Position numbers and translations under genes: made by a program
Part shown: positions 40,781-54,946 of the stretch, one piece after another
How the letters are laid out: the number at the start of each line of letters is the position of its first letter
Position numbering within the stretch: position 1 is the first letter of the stretch
The notes under the pieces: generated by a model
What the model saw: only the letters and a program-made list of their open reading frames with translations
What the model was told of the DNA's origin: nothing
Databases searched by the model: none
Source of the DNA: Auanema rhodensis
Taxonomy: Eukaryota; Animalia; Nematoda
Direction of reading: 5' to 3'
Assembly (NCBI GenBank): GCA_964057225.1
Contig: OZ059896.1
Location: 7,626,001-7,690,000, forward strand
DNA: 64,000 nucleotides

Positions 40781-42930
40781 TTATATTTTATATCCATAAC
40801 ATGCCCAATAAGCTATCTGAATTTGATAAATTTATTGAAAGTTTTTAAAACGTTTTCAAGTCTTACATTGAATATACTAAAAGCAGCAGGAAATACTATA
40901 CGAGCAATTGAATCGATATACATGACAGTTGACCGGGATTTTTTCTAAATAAAAAAAAAATTAATTCAAATATGGATAGTATTCATACTTCTGTATCATC
41001 TTTTTCATAATATCCAACTAAAGCTAATTCTAACAGTGATAAAAACACAAAAGTCATTGAGCTTAGCATCCAAACATCTATAACTTATAAATTATAGATC
41101 GAAGATTACAGAGAATGCAAGAACCTATGGCCTTTACATACGATACTCGAGGAAAACTTCTCATTATCGAACCAAAGTGAAACATCATAGACAATAAAGC
41201 ATTAACTCCAATCATTGTTCTAGGTGCAATTGATTGAGGACCCAATGAAAATGCCACCCAACTGAAAACTCTTATGTGATCTTCCAAATAACTTTTCAAC
41301 TTTAACCTTATGAAAATGGAGAAATAGGTTGGTAAATAGGCTTGTAGGAAATACCATATGTATTGTCTTTCAAACACGAAAGTAACTACAAGTTCATCCC
41401 ACATACCAGCTGGATATTCCTAAAAACATTTACCATCTTACTATTTTAGTTGAAGTATATGTCTGATATACCCTTTGAACAACAGATGGAACAATATCTT
41501 TCAACTTAAAATTTGGAAGTTTTGCTTCTCTAAGAATGAAAACAGCGTCACTTCTAGGATTCCATCGCATTCGTACTTCATGATTGTTGTAAGAAAAACT
41601 GTAAAAAACAGTTTACATCTTTGGCTTTTTGCAGTTTAACCTCTGATAGCTTAATCTACAAGATTGGGTATCCATTGGAAAGTTAGCTAAATCCATTGAG
41701 CATGGTCCTTTCACTCTAACTCTCTGAAAGCATATCAGGTTTTATGACAACTTAATTGATGATTTATTATAAGAATGGGGTATGATCAGTTTTCATTATA
41801 TCTTCTATTTGATCTATATTCGAGATTATAGATGGTTTCATGATATATGAATGTTCAATAAAGGTTTCTCAAAATTTTTAAAATACACTATGATCAATGA
41901 GTATACAAAGGTTTTCACTACAATGCGATGATTCTCCATAAAAACCTGTTTATTCGGATAAAGCAGATGCTAATATGATAGTATTGTGTCTTTATGGAAC
42001 CAGAAGATTGTTGAAAGGATGATCCTTATAGAGAAGACACAAGGATATATATATATAAGCTTTAATTATATTATTTTCTATAAATATTATTTAATAAAAT
42101 AATTATTTTTATATAAATATTAAATAATATTTTGTATTTCTAGAGGAAATTCAATGAATCATTTCATTGATGTCATGATCACTGAATCAAATAAACAGTT
42201 TCCAATCTCTTTTCCGTTCATTTTTTTTTTCGAAAGAGAAAATCAATGTATAGATCAACTTAATGTCATCCTTCTATCTAGGAATGATTTGAATGTTTTT
42301 TTTCTTCTAAAAACAAAATCTCCCTACTTAGTTCATTGTTGGTTTGAAAATAATAAAAAAAAATAAAACTTTGCAAGACATACATAGTTTACCCATACTG
42401 TACCATTCGAATATAATGTCAGAAAAACATTTGTGAATGGTGATTCATGAATTTCAGCAACTTTTGAGTTCACAAAGCAGGTATTTGGGGTCCAAAATCT
42501 ATATGAACAGTGATGTTAGATGTTGAAAATCTTCTTCACCTGTTTAAAGCTGATTGATCTAAGCTTAAATTTGATTTACATGAATTCAAGTGATCAAAAT
42601 ATAGTTTTGGATCAACCCATAATTCATTTATATACATTTCTAATTCAAAATCATTAGTTAACTCATCAATGGAAGTGAATTCTTGTATCCAGAATTCAAC
42701 TCTAACCAGAACTCCATTTTTATCTGAAAAAATATAAAAATATAGAGAAATCTAATAGATATATGTATTTGAGATAACTTACATGGTAAACGATGTTTAT
42801 TATAAATAGATGAATTAACTAATTTTTCAATAATTAGCTTTTCTGATAAACAATGATGATTTGATGAATGTACTTTTTTAATAAAATATATTAAAAATAT
42901 ATTTAAAAAATAATTTTTTAACCACAACAT
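40781..42930 (-). CDS. Cys-loop ligand-gated ion channel subunit, ACC/LGC-47-group-like
   Basis: [12 protein letters not shown], Cys loop [59 protein letters not shown] and [10 protein letters not shown]. Confidence 0.88.
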
Positions 42931-44085
42931 TGCTATCGTAAAAATATAAAAAAATTATTTATATTAACCTATATGTTGAACATGTATTCAACTATTCAAT
43001 ATTAGTCTTTTGACTATTTAGAGACAGCATGCTGCTTATGAACAATAAGAACTTGGAGCCTTTTAAGATTATAAAGAAAAAGAACATTAACCATTCTAAA
43101 TCATATTCATATTCATGCTCAATAAATAAATGTTCTTCTTATTTAAATTTAATCAATAATCATCATTTTCTTATATTTTATTCTTAAAATAAAATTTTAA
43201 ACAAAAAAAAAACTAAAAAACATAAATTAATGTTTTTTTATGTTGCAATTTTTCTTTCAGAATGTGTACTCGTAGAATTTCTATATCATTCATGTATCAT
43301 AGATTTTTTTTTCGGTTCAACCTAGGCAAGTTTTCTATTTCATTGAGATTCACATAATCCAGAAAATATCTTGAAAAATAAATTTCAGTCAAACAATTAA
43401 AGATCAAATTGAGATAGAGGTTTGCGTCACAATGAGAAGCAAGAAACTGAACATTTGCTAACGAAAGACATATTAAGCGTATTCCAATTTCCAAATCAGA
43501 TATGAACAATATAAAATTAAAAGATTTTCTTTGTTTTTAATAATTGCACTATCAAAATATTCTTTAAAAAGATACAAAATGAAAATACATGCGAAGAAAA
43601 GTTTTTTATAAACTTATGTTCATTGAAAACTCGAAGTGCTATCTCGTAAATCCAATAAGGAAGTAATTATTCTTAAAAAGTTCAGATGTGTCTTTTAAGA
43701 ATTTTGTGAATTCTCTCCTAGAAAAGTTTCAAATTTAAGAAAAAATGTGTGTGTTTGTCGGGGAAAGAGATAGAGAGAAATCAAAAGATTGATAGCCTTA
43801 AGATTCTTATGTTAAAGTCTTTTTAAAGAATATCTAATATATATATATATCTTACAGGTAATTTAACATTAATATAAATAGTTTAAAAGATAATTTTGTT
43901 TTTTTTAAACTGACGCCACTCTATTATACAGTTTATCAATTCAATACAGCTGATAGTTGATAGATTATGAGCATATGATTGAAACCAAACTACAATATTC
44001 GATATTCTTATCTATTTAATATACAAATAAACACATTTAAAAACAAAAATTATTAAAAATTTATTAAAAAAATTAAAATAAACAA

Positions 44086-46528
44086 TCAATGATTAGAGTT
44101 TTTTTCTTCATGAGATTTATACAACATCTGCAGTACACGAAGTACAAGTTCTTCCTTGTATGGAGGAGCAGCAACTTGAACTCCAATAGGGTATCCGAAA
44201 CCACCCTATAAGAAGAATACAAATTAAATATAATTCTTAAAAAAAATACTTGAGATTGTTGTTTTATAATCTTTTCGATAGGATCATTTGCAGAATAATA
44301 TTCCAAGTTTTTTATATCTTCTTCATTTACTGTAGTTACATTAACTGTACCTATAAATCAAATATTGTTATTAAAATAATATTTTCTTCAAAATTCATAT
44401 AAACCTGCTGCAAAATCTAATAAATTATATAAAGCTGTATAGTTACATGCTGACATGATTTGTGGAGCAACTTTATGCTCTGGTGGATGTGTAGACTGAA
44501 ATATGTCTTTTTTTTTACGATTTTCGTTAATTTATAATGAAAGTACCATAATAGGGCATACAATAACATCAAGTTCATGCTTTTGCATTTCTAACATGAA
44601 ATCTCTTCGATAAACTTTAGCATCAGCTATGATACATCTAGCATCTAAAATTGAAATTAAACAGTAAAATTGGTTAAAGAGAGGATAATCAAACCAGTGG
44701 CAGTCTTGGGGACTGTTTTAAGAATATTTGCTAATTTAGGGAATGGCAGAATTTTGGATAGGAGATGCTTCATACTAGGAGAAAACTTTCGAACAATAAT
44801 ACCAAAATCACAATTGGGATCATACAAATCCTGTATAAAATTGATTTAGTGTTAGCTTTTTCAAAAGTAAATAAACTTCATCTAATTTGTTATTTAAGAA
44901 TTCTCCACCATCTGCTGATATCAGAGCAGCAACTAATGGGAAGAATTTATCCGGATTTGGTACAGCAAATGGAATGCATTCATGTCCTAAATCAGTAAGC
45001 ACTTGTATACTTTCAACAACAGCTCTCTATAATGCGGAAACAATATTTAATCTTTCAAAATTAATTTATGAGTAAAACCTGATATGCTGGAACAGGCTGA
45101 ATGTAATCGTCAGTTATATAATATCCTTCAAATATATAAGTTAAATTGAATATATCATATAGTTTGAATACCAATTCGTAACTTTTGTTTTGAGTTCAAC
45201 ATACTCTCTTGAAAACGAACAGGTGCCAGATAGCTATCAAGCTCATAAAGCGTGTTAGAATTCCAAAGCTAATAAAACAAGCATTGTTAGGCATACACAT
45301 ACACTGTTCAACTTACAGCACGGCAGAATTCAATACAGGTATCAACATCTCGAGCCATAGGCCCAAGATTTGCAAGTACTAAACTTCGACCGGGCACAGA
45401 ACCTAGGCTTTTGGTGTGTGGCATACGTAATGTTGATGGCTATAATCATTCAATTAATTAAAAATTGAAAAACAAAACTTCACCTTAAAGCCAACAATAC
45501 CGCAAAAGGTTGCTGGAATTCTAATTGATCCTCCAATATCTGTACCTAATCCAAGAATACTTCCTCCACAGGCGATCAAAGCAGATTCACCACCAGAAGA
45601 GCCTCCAGGAACCAATTTAGGATTAATTGGATTTGTAGTAGTTCCATAAATAGGATTCGAACATCCAAAAGAGCAAAGAGATTGAGGTATGTTAGTTACA
45701 ACAAATGGAATAGCTCCTGTTTATAGAATAACATATGACCAATGAAAATTAATAGAAACAACTAACCATAAATAGATTTTATAACCGCGTGATCTTCTCC
45801 TTGAGTTTGATACAGGTTACTAGCAAAACCACTAGTACAATCTCTTCCATGTAACTAATATTAGAATTATATTATTTAGTTTGAATATTAGAAACAAACA
45901 TTGATACTTTCTTTTACACTTATTGGTATTCCAAATAGATCTGGTAGACGTGATACTGTTGTTTCACTAAGCTTATCAAAGAACTCAGCAGTTAGTATGG
46001 CTTCCTAACATAAAAAAAATAATTATATTTCTCACAGAAAATAGATATGAAACAAAAACCTCTAGAAATAGACATATACAATTAGTAGAAGCATGAGCTT
46101 TTAAAGCAACTTGCCAATACGCTTGTAAAACTTCGGTACATGTAACTTTACGTAATTGAAGCTCCTCTATACAATATTATAGAATTAAGCTTTAAAAACT
46201 TTAAAACTTACCTCGTAAAGCTAAAAATGATAATGAACATATGTAATCTTTCCTTGTTTCTGGCAAAATATGTGCAAATCGATAAACACGTTTAATACTT
46301 TCTGATTGTTCTTCACGACGTAAGGCAACCTTTTCCTTCAAATGTCGTATGTGATATCGTTTCTAAACGAAATATTATTTTCAAAAAGAAATATAATTGG
46401 CTAACAATTACCTTTATAATCTTTCTTACAACCTTAGCTGTTAATAAACAAATAATTGGAACAGCAGCTGTTACAGCAAATTTCTTCCAAAATCCCATAT
46501 AGCCAAAAGAGTTAGATAATGATGACAT
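44086..46528 (-). CDS. Amidase-signature enzyme, fatty acid amide hydrolase-like
   Basis: N-terminal hydrophobic helix, [42 protein letters not shown] and PIGVQV. Confidence 0.9.
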
Positions 46529-47363
46529 TGTATTGATGTTTATATACAAATCAATCTCTAGAACAACAAATATTTTGTTATTGTTACTGCAGTTAGCAAT
46601 CAATAATATAAAAGAAATTGACAACAGTTGCATTTAAAATGTTTAAAAGTTTTTTTTTTTTTAAAATAATGAAAGTTTTATGAAAAACTATCATACAAAA
46701 GCACAAATAAATACAAAATGCCACAAGGAGAACTTTATAAGACTGAAAACAAATCCTTTTTTAACTTTATTTATGAACCAACACTGTTTCTTATCAATCT
46801 TCTAATCAAAATGGGTCCAACCTACACCATTGGTTCTTCTCCTCACAATCCATAGGCCTTTCTCAAAGAGTGTTCACTCTTTATTTTTCTTATCATGATA
46901 TTATACCATTTGTTATAAGATTGTCTAAACTATATGCTATTGAACTCAAATTTATTCATATATCTGTTTATTTAGATAATTCATTTAAAAATTCTTTATT
47001 TATAGGATATAGTATTAACTATTTCTGAGCATTTTCATACTTAATCATACGAACGTCTAATTGCATTTGATTTTTCGACCTTCTTATCAATATCTTCTAG
47101 TTTATATTAAATATTTTTATATTAATTAGTTTTTTATTTCAAAAATACAAAAATTTATTGTAATAAGAACTGTTTCCTTTAAGTTTTCGAAACCTTTTTC
47201 TTCAACTCTTTTTCTATCTCTATCCAAAAAAAAGAAATGTTTTGTAGTTTATGCTCCGCACAAACTCAAACACGAAATTCATGTGATAAGGCTTAATCAC
47301 AGAAACAAACGACAAACTGTATCCTCAACAGAGTTTAGTTAACAATAATTAAATAACAATTGA

Positions 47364-49982
47364 ATGGTTAAAGTTTGTACAAATCAAATACCTATGGTAA
47401 TTAATATTTTTCTTCTTCTTTTTGTATTTGATGAAATATAATTTAAGAATATGTTACCAGTAAGATCAATGATGCCTCAACGTTTTTATAATTTAATAAG
47501 AAATAATGATAACGGACGAGTAGTATGTATATCTTTATTAACTTCATTATTTACAATTATGCCAGTTGGGTTAGTTAATAATATAACACATAATATAGAA
47601 TATTTTATATTTTAAGATATCATATGGTAGTACTTAATGTTCCTGAAAAAATTATTCAAGACTCTATTAGTGACAGTTTAGTAAATACATTTGGTATTGT
47701 ATTGGATAGAACAGCGATGAGTATTTTATGGTATTACATATTATTTTATTTTATAATTAATAAATATTATTATAGGTCAATAATAGTATCTTGTCAAGCA
47801 TTAGGAGCTTTAATTGGATGTATATTTGTATCACCTATACTGAATAGATATGGCACAAAAACAGGTTTAATTAATTAATTTTTATTTAAATAATAATATT
47901 ATTATATATTTCAAATTACCCATAAATAGAAATTAGAATAAGATGTGATAGTTTCACGTGATCATTTCACGTAAAGTTTATTTTAAAATCGAATACGATG
48001 AAATACGGTTGTATTTTTAATTTAAATTATTCTCATATAAATAATGGTAATTATGATAATTATTTATAGCAATGATGACGTTTAATAATATTATTCTTGT
48101 ACTGGGATCATTCGCTATGTCAGCTGCAGCATTTTTCAATTTTTCAATTTTTCTATTTATTGGACGAGTTTTAATTGGAATATACACTGGTATAGCTTGC
48201 GCACTTTTACCTCTCTATGTACAACAAATAGCTCCAAAAGACATTAAGGTTAATATAATATAATTAAATAATATAATTATACTTTTGTAGGGTTCTTTAA
48301 GTTGTTTCTTACATATTGCTGTATGCTTTGGATCTGCAATAGGTGCTATATTCTCTTTAGATTTTATGCTTGGCTCGAAAACAACATGGGGATATTTACT
48401 AGGTTTACCCGGAATTTTAGGTATTTCTCATATCAGTTTGATCAATTTTTTTTTCTGATTTCAACATTATAAATTATGTTTTGTTTAGGTGCTGCACAGA
48501 TGATAGCTGCAATGTTTATACCGGATACTCCTAACCATTTGCTACAACACGGAAGTTATTCACGAGCAATATCTTCAATCAAGTACTCAATTGTACTCTA
48601 ATAACTAAAAAATAATATTTATTTAGTTTTTACTATGATATAGAAGAAATAGATGAAGATAATACAATCAAATCGTATTGGGATATGGTTCCAGAGGCTA
48701 GTTAAACCATATACATATGTATATAGTTTAATCAAAATAAATGTTTTAGGTTCCAGAACAAATTACTTTATGGGATGGACTGAGAAATGTGAATATTAGA
48801 AAAGGTATCTTACTTGGTATGGCAGTAAGTGCAACTCAAGTTTTCTCAGGAAGTATGGCTACAATATCATATTCTAGTAGGTTGGTGATAATAAAAAGAA
48901 TAAATTATATATTATTATAATTTATTTATTGTTGTTTAGCATGTTTACAGCTGTATCATTTATTGAAGTACTTGTACCATTTCTACCAGCATTAGGCAGT
49001 ATTATATCAATGGTTATGACAGTTCCAGCATTAGAATTAGTGAGTCGCATATATTAAATAAATTTTACAATAATTGACTCAATAAAAAATTTGCAAAAGA
49101 AGGTGGGAGTGAATAATCAAATTGATTGCACAATATGATTTTTGCCCTCAAAATTTAAATTATATTATCAGATCAAAAATGAATCTGATTTATTCTATTA
49201 ACATTATTATATATTATATATTTACTTAAAATATATTTATAATTAAGGTTGAAACATCTGGAAGACGTCCATTATTGTTATCAACATTAGTTATATGTAT
49301 AATATCTGATTGTCTATTATTAATATTTTCTTTACTATCAGTTGATCCAGGTACTATTTCTTTTGTGAATCTTTTCATTTTATTTTGTATAATTCTATTA
49401 AGCTGAAGGATGGGCTTCTTGGGCTTTTGCTATAAGCTTCTTCTTTTACGGAATTGGATATAATCTAGGTACTGGCCCCGTATCCTACTTCATAGCTGCA
49501 GAGCTTGTTCCGGCTGAAGCAGCTAGTTTATCACTAGGAGCTGCCGTCGCTACCAACTGGCTTTGCTCCTTAGTAACAACTTTCTCCTATTATCCGTTAA
49601 TGACTCTAATTGGCGGATGGAGTTATATGTTATTTATAATTCCAACGTGAGTTTCAAATATTCAAAAAAAAAATTTCATAATCAAAAATCTCAATAATTA
49701 CGTTTATATCATATGCTATGATATACCCCATATTTTACGTATCAAAGTTTAGCTCGTGATAAACTTGAAGTCAACTCAATTAAACTGTAATAGTATTACT
49801 AATATATATAAAAAGTTTAATAAAAAATAATATATATTGGACATTATAGATCTATATTATTGATTATTCTCTGGATATGGTTACCAGAAACGCGATTTTA
49901 TTATAAGGAAGATACAACTGAAGCCAAGCTATTGCGAGATCTCGGACAGCCTTATGGCACATTTGAAACAGCCATATACTAG
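47364..49982 (+). CDS. MFS sugar porter (GLUT-like) transporter, divergent
   Basis: GYHMVVLNVPE, NRYGTK, FIGRVLIG, IPDTPNHL, VETSGRRPLL, GTGPVSYFIAAEL and WLPETR. Confidence 0.85.
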
Positions 49983-50435
49983 TCATGTTATTGTACAAAT
50001 TTTGTATTTTTTTTTCGAAAATAATAAAATGTAGATTACTTTAATTGTATCTTTTATGTATTTTTTCCTTTTCCTTTTCAATGAAAACAAAGGCATATAT
50101 ATTGGATCGAAATGAAATTACATGAAAGAAATTTTCTGTTGTCATTCATGAAAATATTATAATAATCAACTACTACATTGATGTTGAGATTTGCATTACA
50201 ACTCTATAAACTCGAAAATTATTAATCAAAATGACATTGTTAGCTTTTATCTAATAAAATCTATATTGTTGAATAAAGCTATGCAAAGTAGTAGTTCCTA
50301 ACAAGGCGTTTATAACAAAATTCATCAATTTGCTCTCGTCATTAATTTTTTTCTGTCACCGCCTCTAAATCTTTTAGTCTTTGATTTTGATCAAACGTTT
50401 TCAATACTTCAGTTCAACTATATCCAACTTGTCAA

Positions 50436-52153
50436 ATGCTCTTTCTTAATCCTAAAACTGGTGAGCCTTCAAGCTCTAAATCACGAGGTACTGTTAAATT
50501 ATAATATTTATCTATCTCAATTAATATATATAATTCTATTAACGTTAATCATTTTTTTAGATGAAACATTGTCTACTTTAGAAGAACTTCATCCGTATCC
50601 AAATCTTGATTTAGTTTTTGCTTTGAGAAACATGATGGATATTGCAACATTAGTTCTCAATCTTCTCGTTCTAACTGTATTATATCTTGAAAAATTGAGA
50701 GAATACAGAGTAATATCTTCAAAAATATATTTTAATTTGAAGAAAATATTCTTTTAGTGTACTTTCTACGGTATTATGTCTATATACATGGGTATAATGG
50801 TAGTAACATCAGCTTGCAGTATGATGTATTGTATATCTGCCGAACTATTTACTGAAGTTCGTCATAATAAGACTTTAGCTATAATCTCAATCGTAAGTCT
50901 TTTTTTCTTATTGAAAATCATTTTTCTTATTTCGATATCTATTTAGGTTGTGGATTATTTTACTTCATTCTATACAGTTTGTTTAATATTCCTAATGAGT
51001 TCTAATAGATGTTTTATTCTTGTTTATCCAAGATTGTATGAAAAATTATTTACAAAGTATATTATATCTTAATTTAACCTTATAATAATCATATTAAGGA
51101 GAAATCTTATTCTATACTTTGTCATAGCAGCTATAGTTGTAGCATCATTGACAGTTGGTGTAGCATTAGCATCTGGTACAATACGAGAATATGATGCTGT
51201 TTCCGGAGCTCTTACTGATTATACAGCAAATGCTGCATTTGTCTCTGTATGTTAAAACTAATTCATTATCTATTTAATTTATTAATTTAAATATATATTT
51301 AGATGGTTAATAATATAATTTATATTATTCCTATATTGACAGCAGGATTTTTTTTGCGAATATATTATCATTTAAAACAAATAAGACAAGATGCTTTTTT
51401 GGGAAAAACTAAACTAATGGTTGATAAAGCGGAGGTCAACAACTGTCATCAAGCTGTTGCTGTTGTTGGCACTTATACTGTGAGATTTAAATAATATTTT
51501 ACTAGAAATCTAATGAAAAGTATGTTACCGAGGAAACTAAAAGAGTACAGATTCATTCAATATTAAATACATGAACGTTAAAAACCAAACTATAAGTCTA
51601 TTAGGTTTTTCCTTTATTTAATTTCTTTTTGAATTAATATCTGAACAGATTTTTATATTTTAATTGAATTTATTCATATTATTATTCATTTCAAAAACAA
51701 GTAGGAGTTCTTCATGATCAAATACATTTAATGAAATTATTTAATTTCAAATTTTTAACAAAAAAATTAAATTTAAAGAAATATATTTTTAGAAAAATTA
51801 GATATAGTATATTCGAAATTATTATAAATTTTATTTATTTTAGGCTTGTTTCATAATTCATTATGTTCTAACTTTTATTGAACCTGGTGAATTGCAACAA
51901 TTTCTTGAAATAACTGAATCAGCTATATCTTGCTTACCTGGTGTCCTCATGCCACTTTCCATAATCGGTTGTAATAGCCAGGTAATTCATCGAATTGTTT
52001 ATTTTCTTAAAAAATAAAATTTTTAAGATGAGAACTTCTATAAAGAAATATATATGTTGTATGTATTCAAAAACTCGAGTTGGTTCAGCAACAAGTTTAA
52101 CAACGAAACAGAATAGTATAAAATTATTTTTTTCATCACGTGATTCTGGATAA
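50436..52153 (+). CDS. Nematode chemoreceptor-type 7TM GPCR, family unassigned
   Basis: Multi-exon model with seven hydrophobic segments; TM3 ends LMSSNRCFILVYP and the post-TM7 segment is IIGCNSQMR. Confidence 0.7.
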
Positions 52154-52917
52154 AACGAAATTTCATTATGTTCAAAAAAAAATTTTATTGAATGTATAAT
52201 TTGTATATTGTGATTACAAATAAATTGTTTTATATAGTTTTAAATTATTTTTAAAATTATTTAAAGTTTGAAGCTGAAGTTTTAAAGTTTAATTAACTTT
52301 TACATTTATAATTTTTGTAAAAATATATACTTTATATAATATACTATTTAATGTAAAATATAAATTTCATATTTTATAATTTACATTTGAAATTAAAAAA
52401 ATTTTTTTTTCTTCTAATGAAAGAAAATATTTTTCATTTTTTTCTCTCAAAGATCTACTGATCTGAAAGCTTATGAATCTCGCCTACTCTATTCCAACTC
52501 CTCCCTCTCATCCTAATCTGTATTTATGTTTCCTGACACTCCTTAATCCTACAATATCTCCAAAATTCTTTTATATTTCTTTCATCATCTTGAATTTGCT
52601 TAATGGTCCAGCTTATCTAGCTCATTTAGATCCCGCTCTTAACTAATAGCTTTTTCAATCTATCCAACCTATTTCATATTATATCTTTACTTTCTCTTTA
52701 AAATCTTATATATGTATTATAATATTTATTTATATTAAGAATAAGTAACTGTATAATCCAAAACATCAATTCAGTTCAAAATTTCTTTAATCAACCCATG
52801 TTTCCTTTCATTCAAACTTCCTTTTTACAATATTTTATAAGTTCATCTTCTATATACTATATACTATATATACATATATTATATTGAAAATAAAATATTT
52901 TAGTTCCAGCTACTGAG

Positions 52918-53812
52918 ATGTTAGAAGATGTTCTTAACGAAGTTTTACCAATTGCTGGTTTTGCTGTCATTTCTTCATCAATTTTCATTATAATAGTTTT
53001 AAGTAAATGCAAAGAAATATTTCGATTTTTACTTTACTTTGCTATTATAGGTAAATATAATTTTTATTTTTTTTATTTAAAAATATAAAAATATTTAGAT
53101 TTAATTCAAGGTTTATCTATAATATATGCTGGTTTTTATGGAGTTTTCATTAGTGTTTATGGTGAAAAAATTGGAAAAGTATGAAACATTTATTAGTTTT
53201 TTTGATAAAATATATAATATTTCAGGTTATGAATCCATGGAATTGTTATTTTAGAGCATTTCATAATCTTTTATGGTCATTCATCGATGTTTCTCAAATG
53301 CTTTTGCTTCTTCTTTTTGCATTTGATCGTTTTTTGCGAATGATTATACCTGTTCATCATAAAAAAGTAAATTTATCTTTATAATATTTAAGAAAATTTG
53401 TTTTTGAAGATATCAACGTTTTACTTACTTTGGAAAGTTTTTGTCATTTTTCTTATATTATCAATGGGAGCAACAATACCATCTTTAGATTATGCTATAC
53501 TTGTAAGTATAAAATATTAAAATAAAATAAAATAATTTTATTTTAGTCATCAAGTAATGCTTCAATATCAGTCTCATCCTTATGTCGTTATAGTGAAGTT
53601 GTTGGAAAAGAATATTATATACAACATATATTATCATTTCAAATATATCCATTTTTAGGTTACAGTTTTTATTTTTGTTTTTATTTAAATTTTGTTTTTT
53701 TTAAGCTTTATTTATTCTTTTTATATCATTACTTATCAAGGGAATTCGTCAAACACGTCCAAAATGGAGTTATAATTGGTCAGAAGATCGTCTAGATTCT
53801 AAACAAGTAATA

Positions 53813-53856
<44 letters not shown>

Positions 53857-54946
53857 TATAAAATATAATTATTTAAAATTTTAAATAATAAAAGAAAAAA
53901 AACAATTAAATGGTTAATCATGGAGAAAGATTCCAAATTTCTTGATCATTAGATTATCCTCCCAGCTTATGTAACATTATATCTATCTAGTTTATAATCA
54001 AAATATTGATAAAACTATTGTAAAATATTAAAAACTACCAAAATGAAATATTTATTTGAATTTTAAAAATATATAATATTTAAATTTTTAAGTTATTCAA
54101 TGCTTGCTTTATAAGATGTATCCTTACATCTCTATCAGCTCATTTGCCATTCATGGTCTTACCAAAGAATCTCATATCGTTTTCCAATTTATCATTGGAT
54201 TATATTCTAAGGTAAATTTTGAAAAATATATAATTATTAATTATAATAATTTAAGATTATTCTATTGTGTACTTGTTCCAACTATACAGCCATTATGCTA
54301 TATATTATTTTTGCCAATTTTCAATACTAGAATTCAGATGGTTTTCAATCGTTATGGTCATAATACTAAAAGAGATTGGATAAGTGCTTGTAAATATATA
54401 TTAAAATATAAAATATATTATATATATAATATCTATTTAGCTGATCCTCCTGCTGCCCCTGGTGAGAAGAAAGACAAATTTGGTGAAGTAAATCCTTTCG
54501 GATCCTGGTATTCTTCAACAGGAAATGTTGTTGGTAAGTTAATACATTATACATGCACACAATGTATAATATGTATTGAAGCAGAAAATATTTCTTTTAT
54601 TTTCTTATTCAAAGTTGAAGTTTTAAGTTTTTTTTCTTAAGTTTTAAACAAAAAAAAAACAAATAATTGAAGACAATTCTATTATGTATATAGGTTCTAT
54701 GCAATCAGTAATAATTTATAAACTATATAGATTCAAAACAAAACAAAATGGAAAATAAATAAATTTAATTTTGCAGGTGAAGCTGGAGTTCCTATGGAAG
54801 AGAAAATGCATATGGAAAGAAGTGTTTCTTTCTTTTATGAGAAGGAAGAACGTGAAGAATTAGAAAAACAACGAAAAAATCAAATTGTAAATTCAATAAC
54901 CGTAGTTATTCCTCCTACAATTCCTTCTGTATCTCTTGATTTTTAA
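52918..54946 (+). CDS. Chemoreceptor-type 7TM GPCR (Srsx-like) with extended C-terminal tail; start uncertain
   Basis: DLIQG, MNPWNCY, LFAFDRFLRMIIP, SVSSLCRY, PTIQPLCYI and a tail ending PPTIPSVSLDF*. Confidence 0.72.
53819..53853. repeat. (TA)n microsatellite, about 17 units, intronic
   Basis: Uninterrupted TATATA run. Confidence 0.9.
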
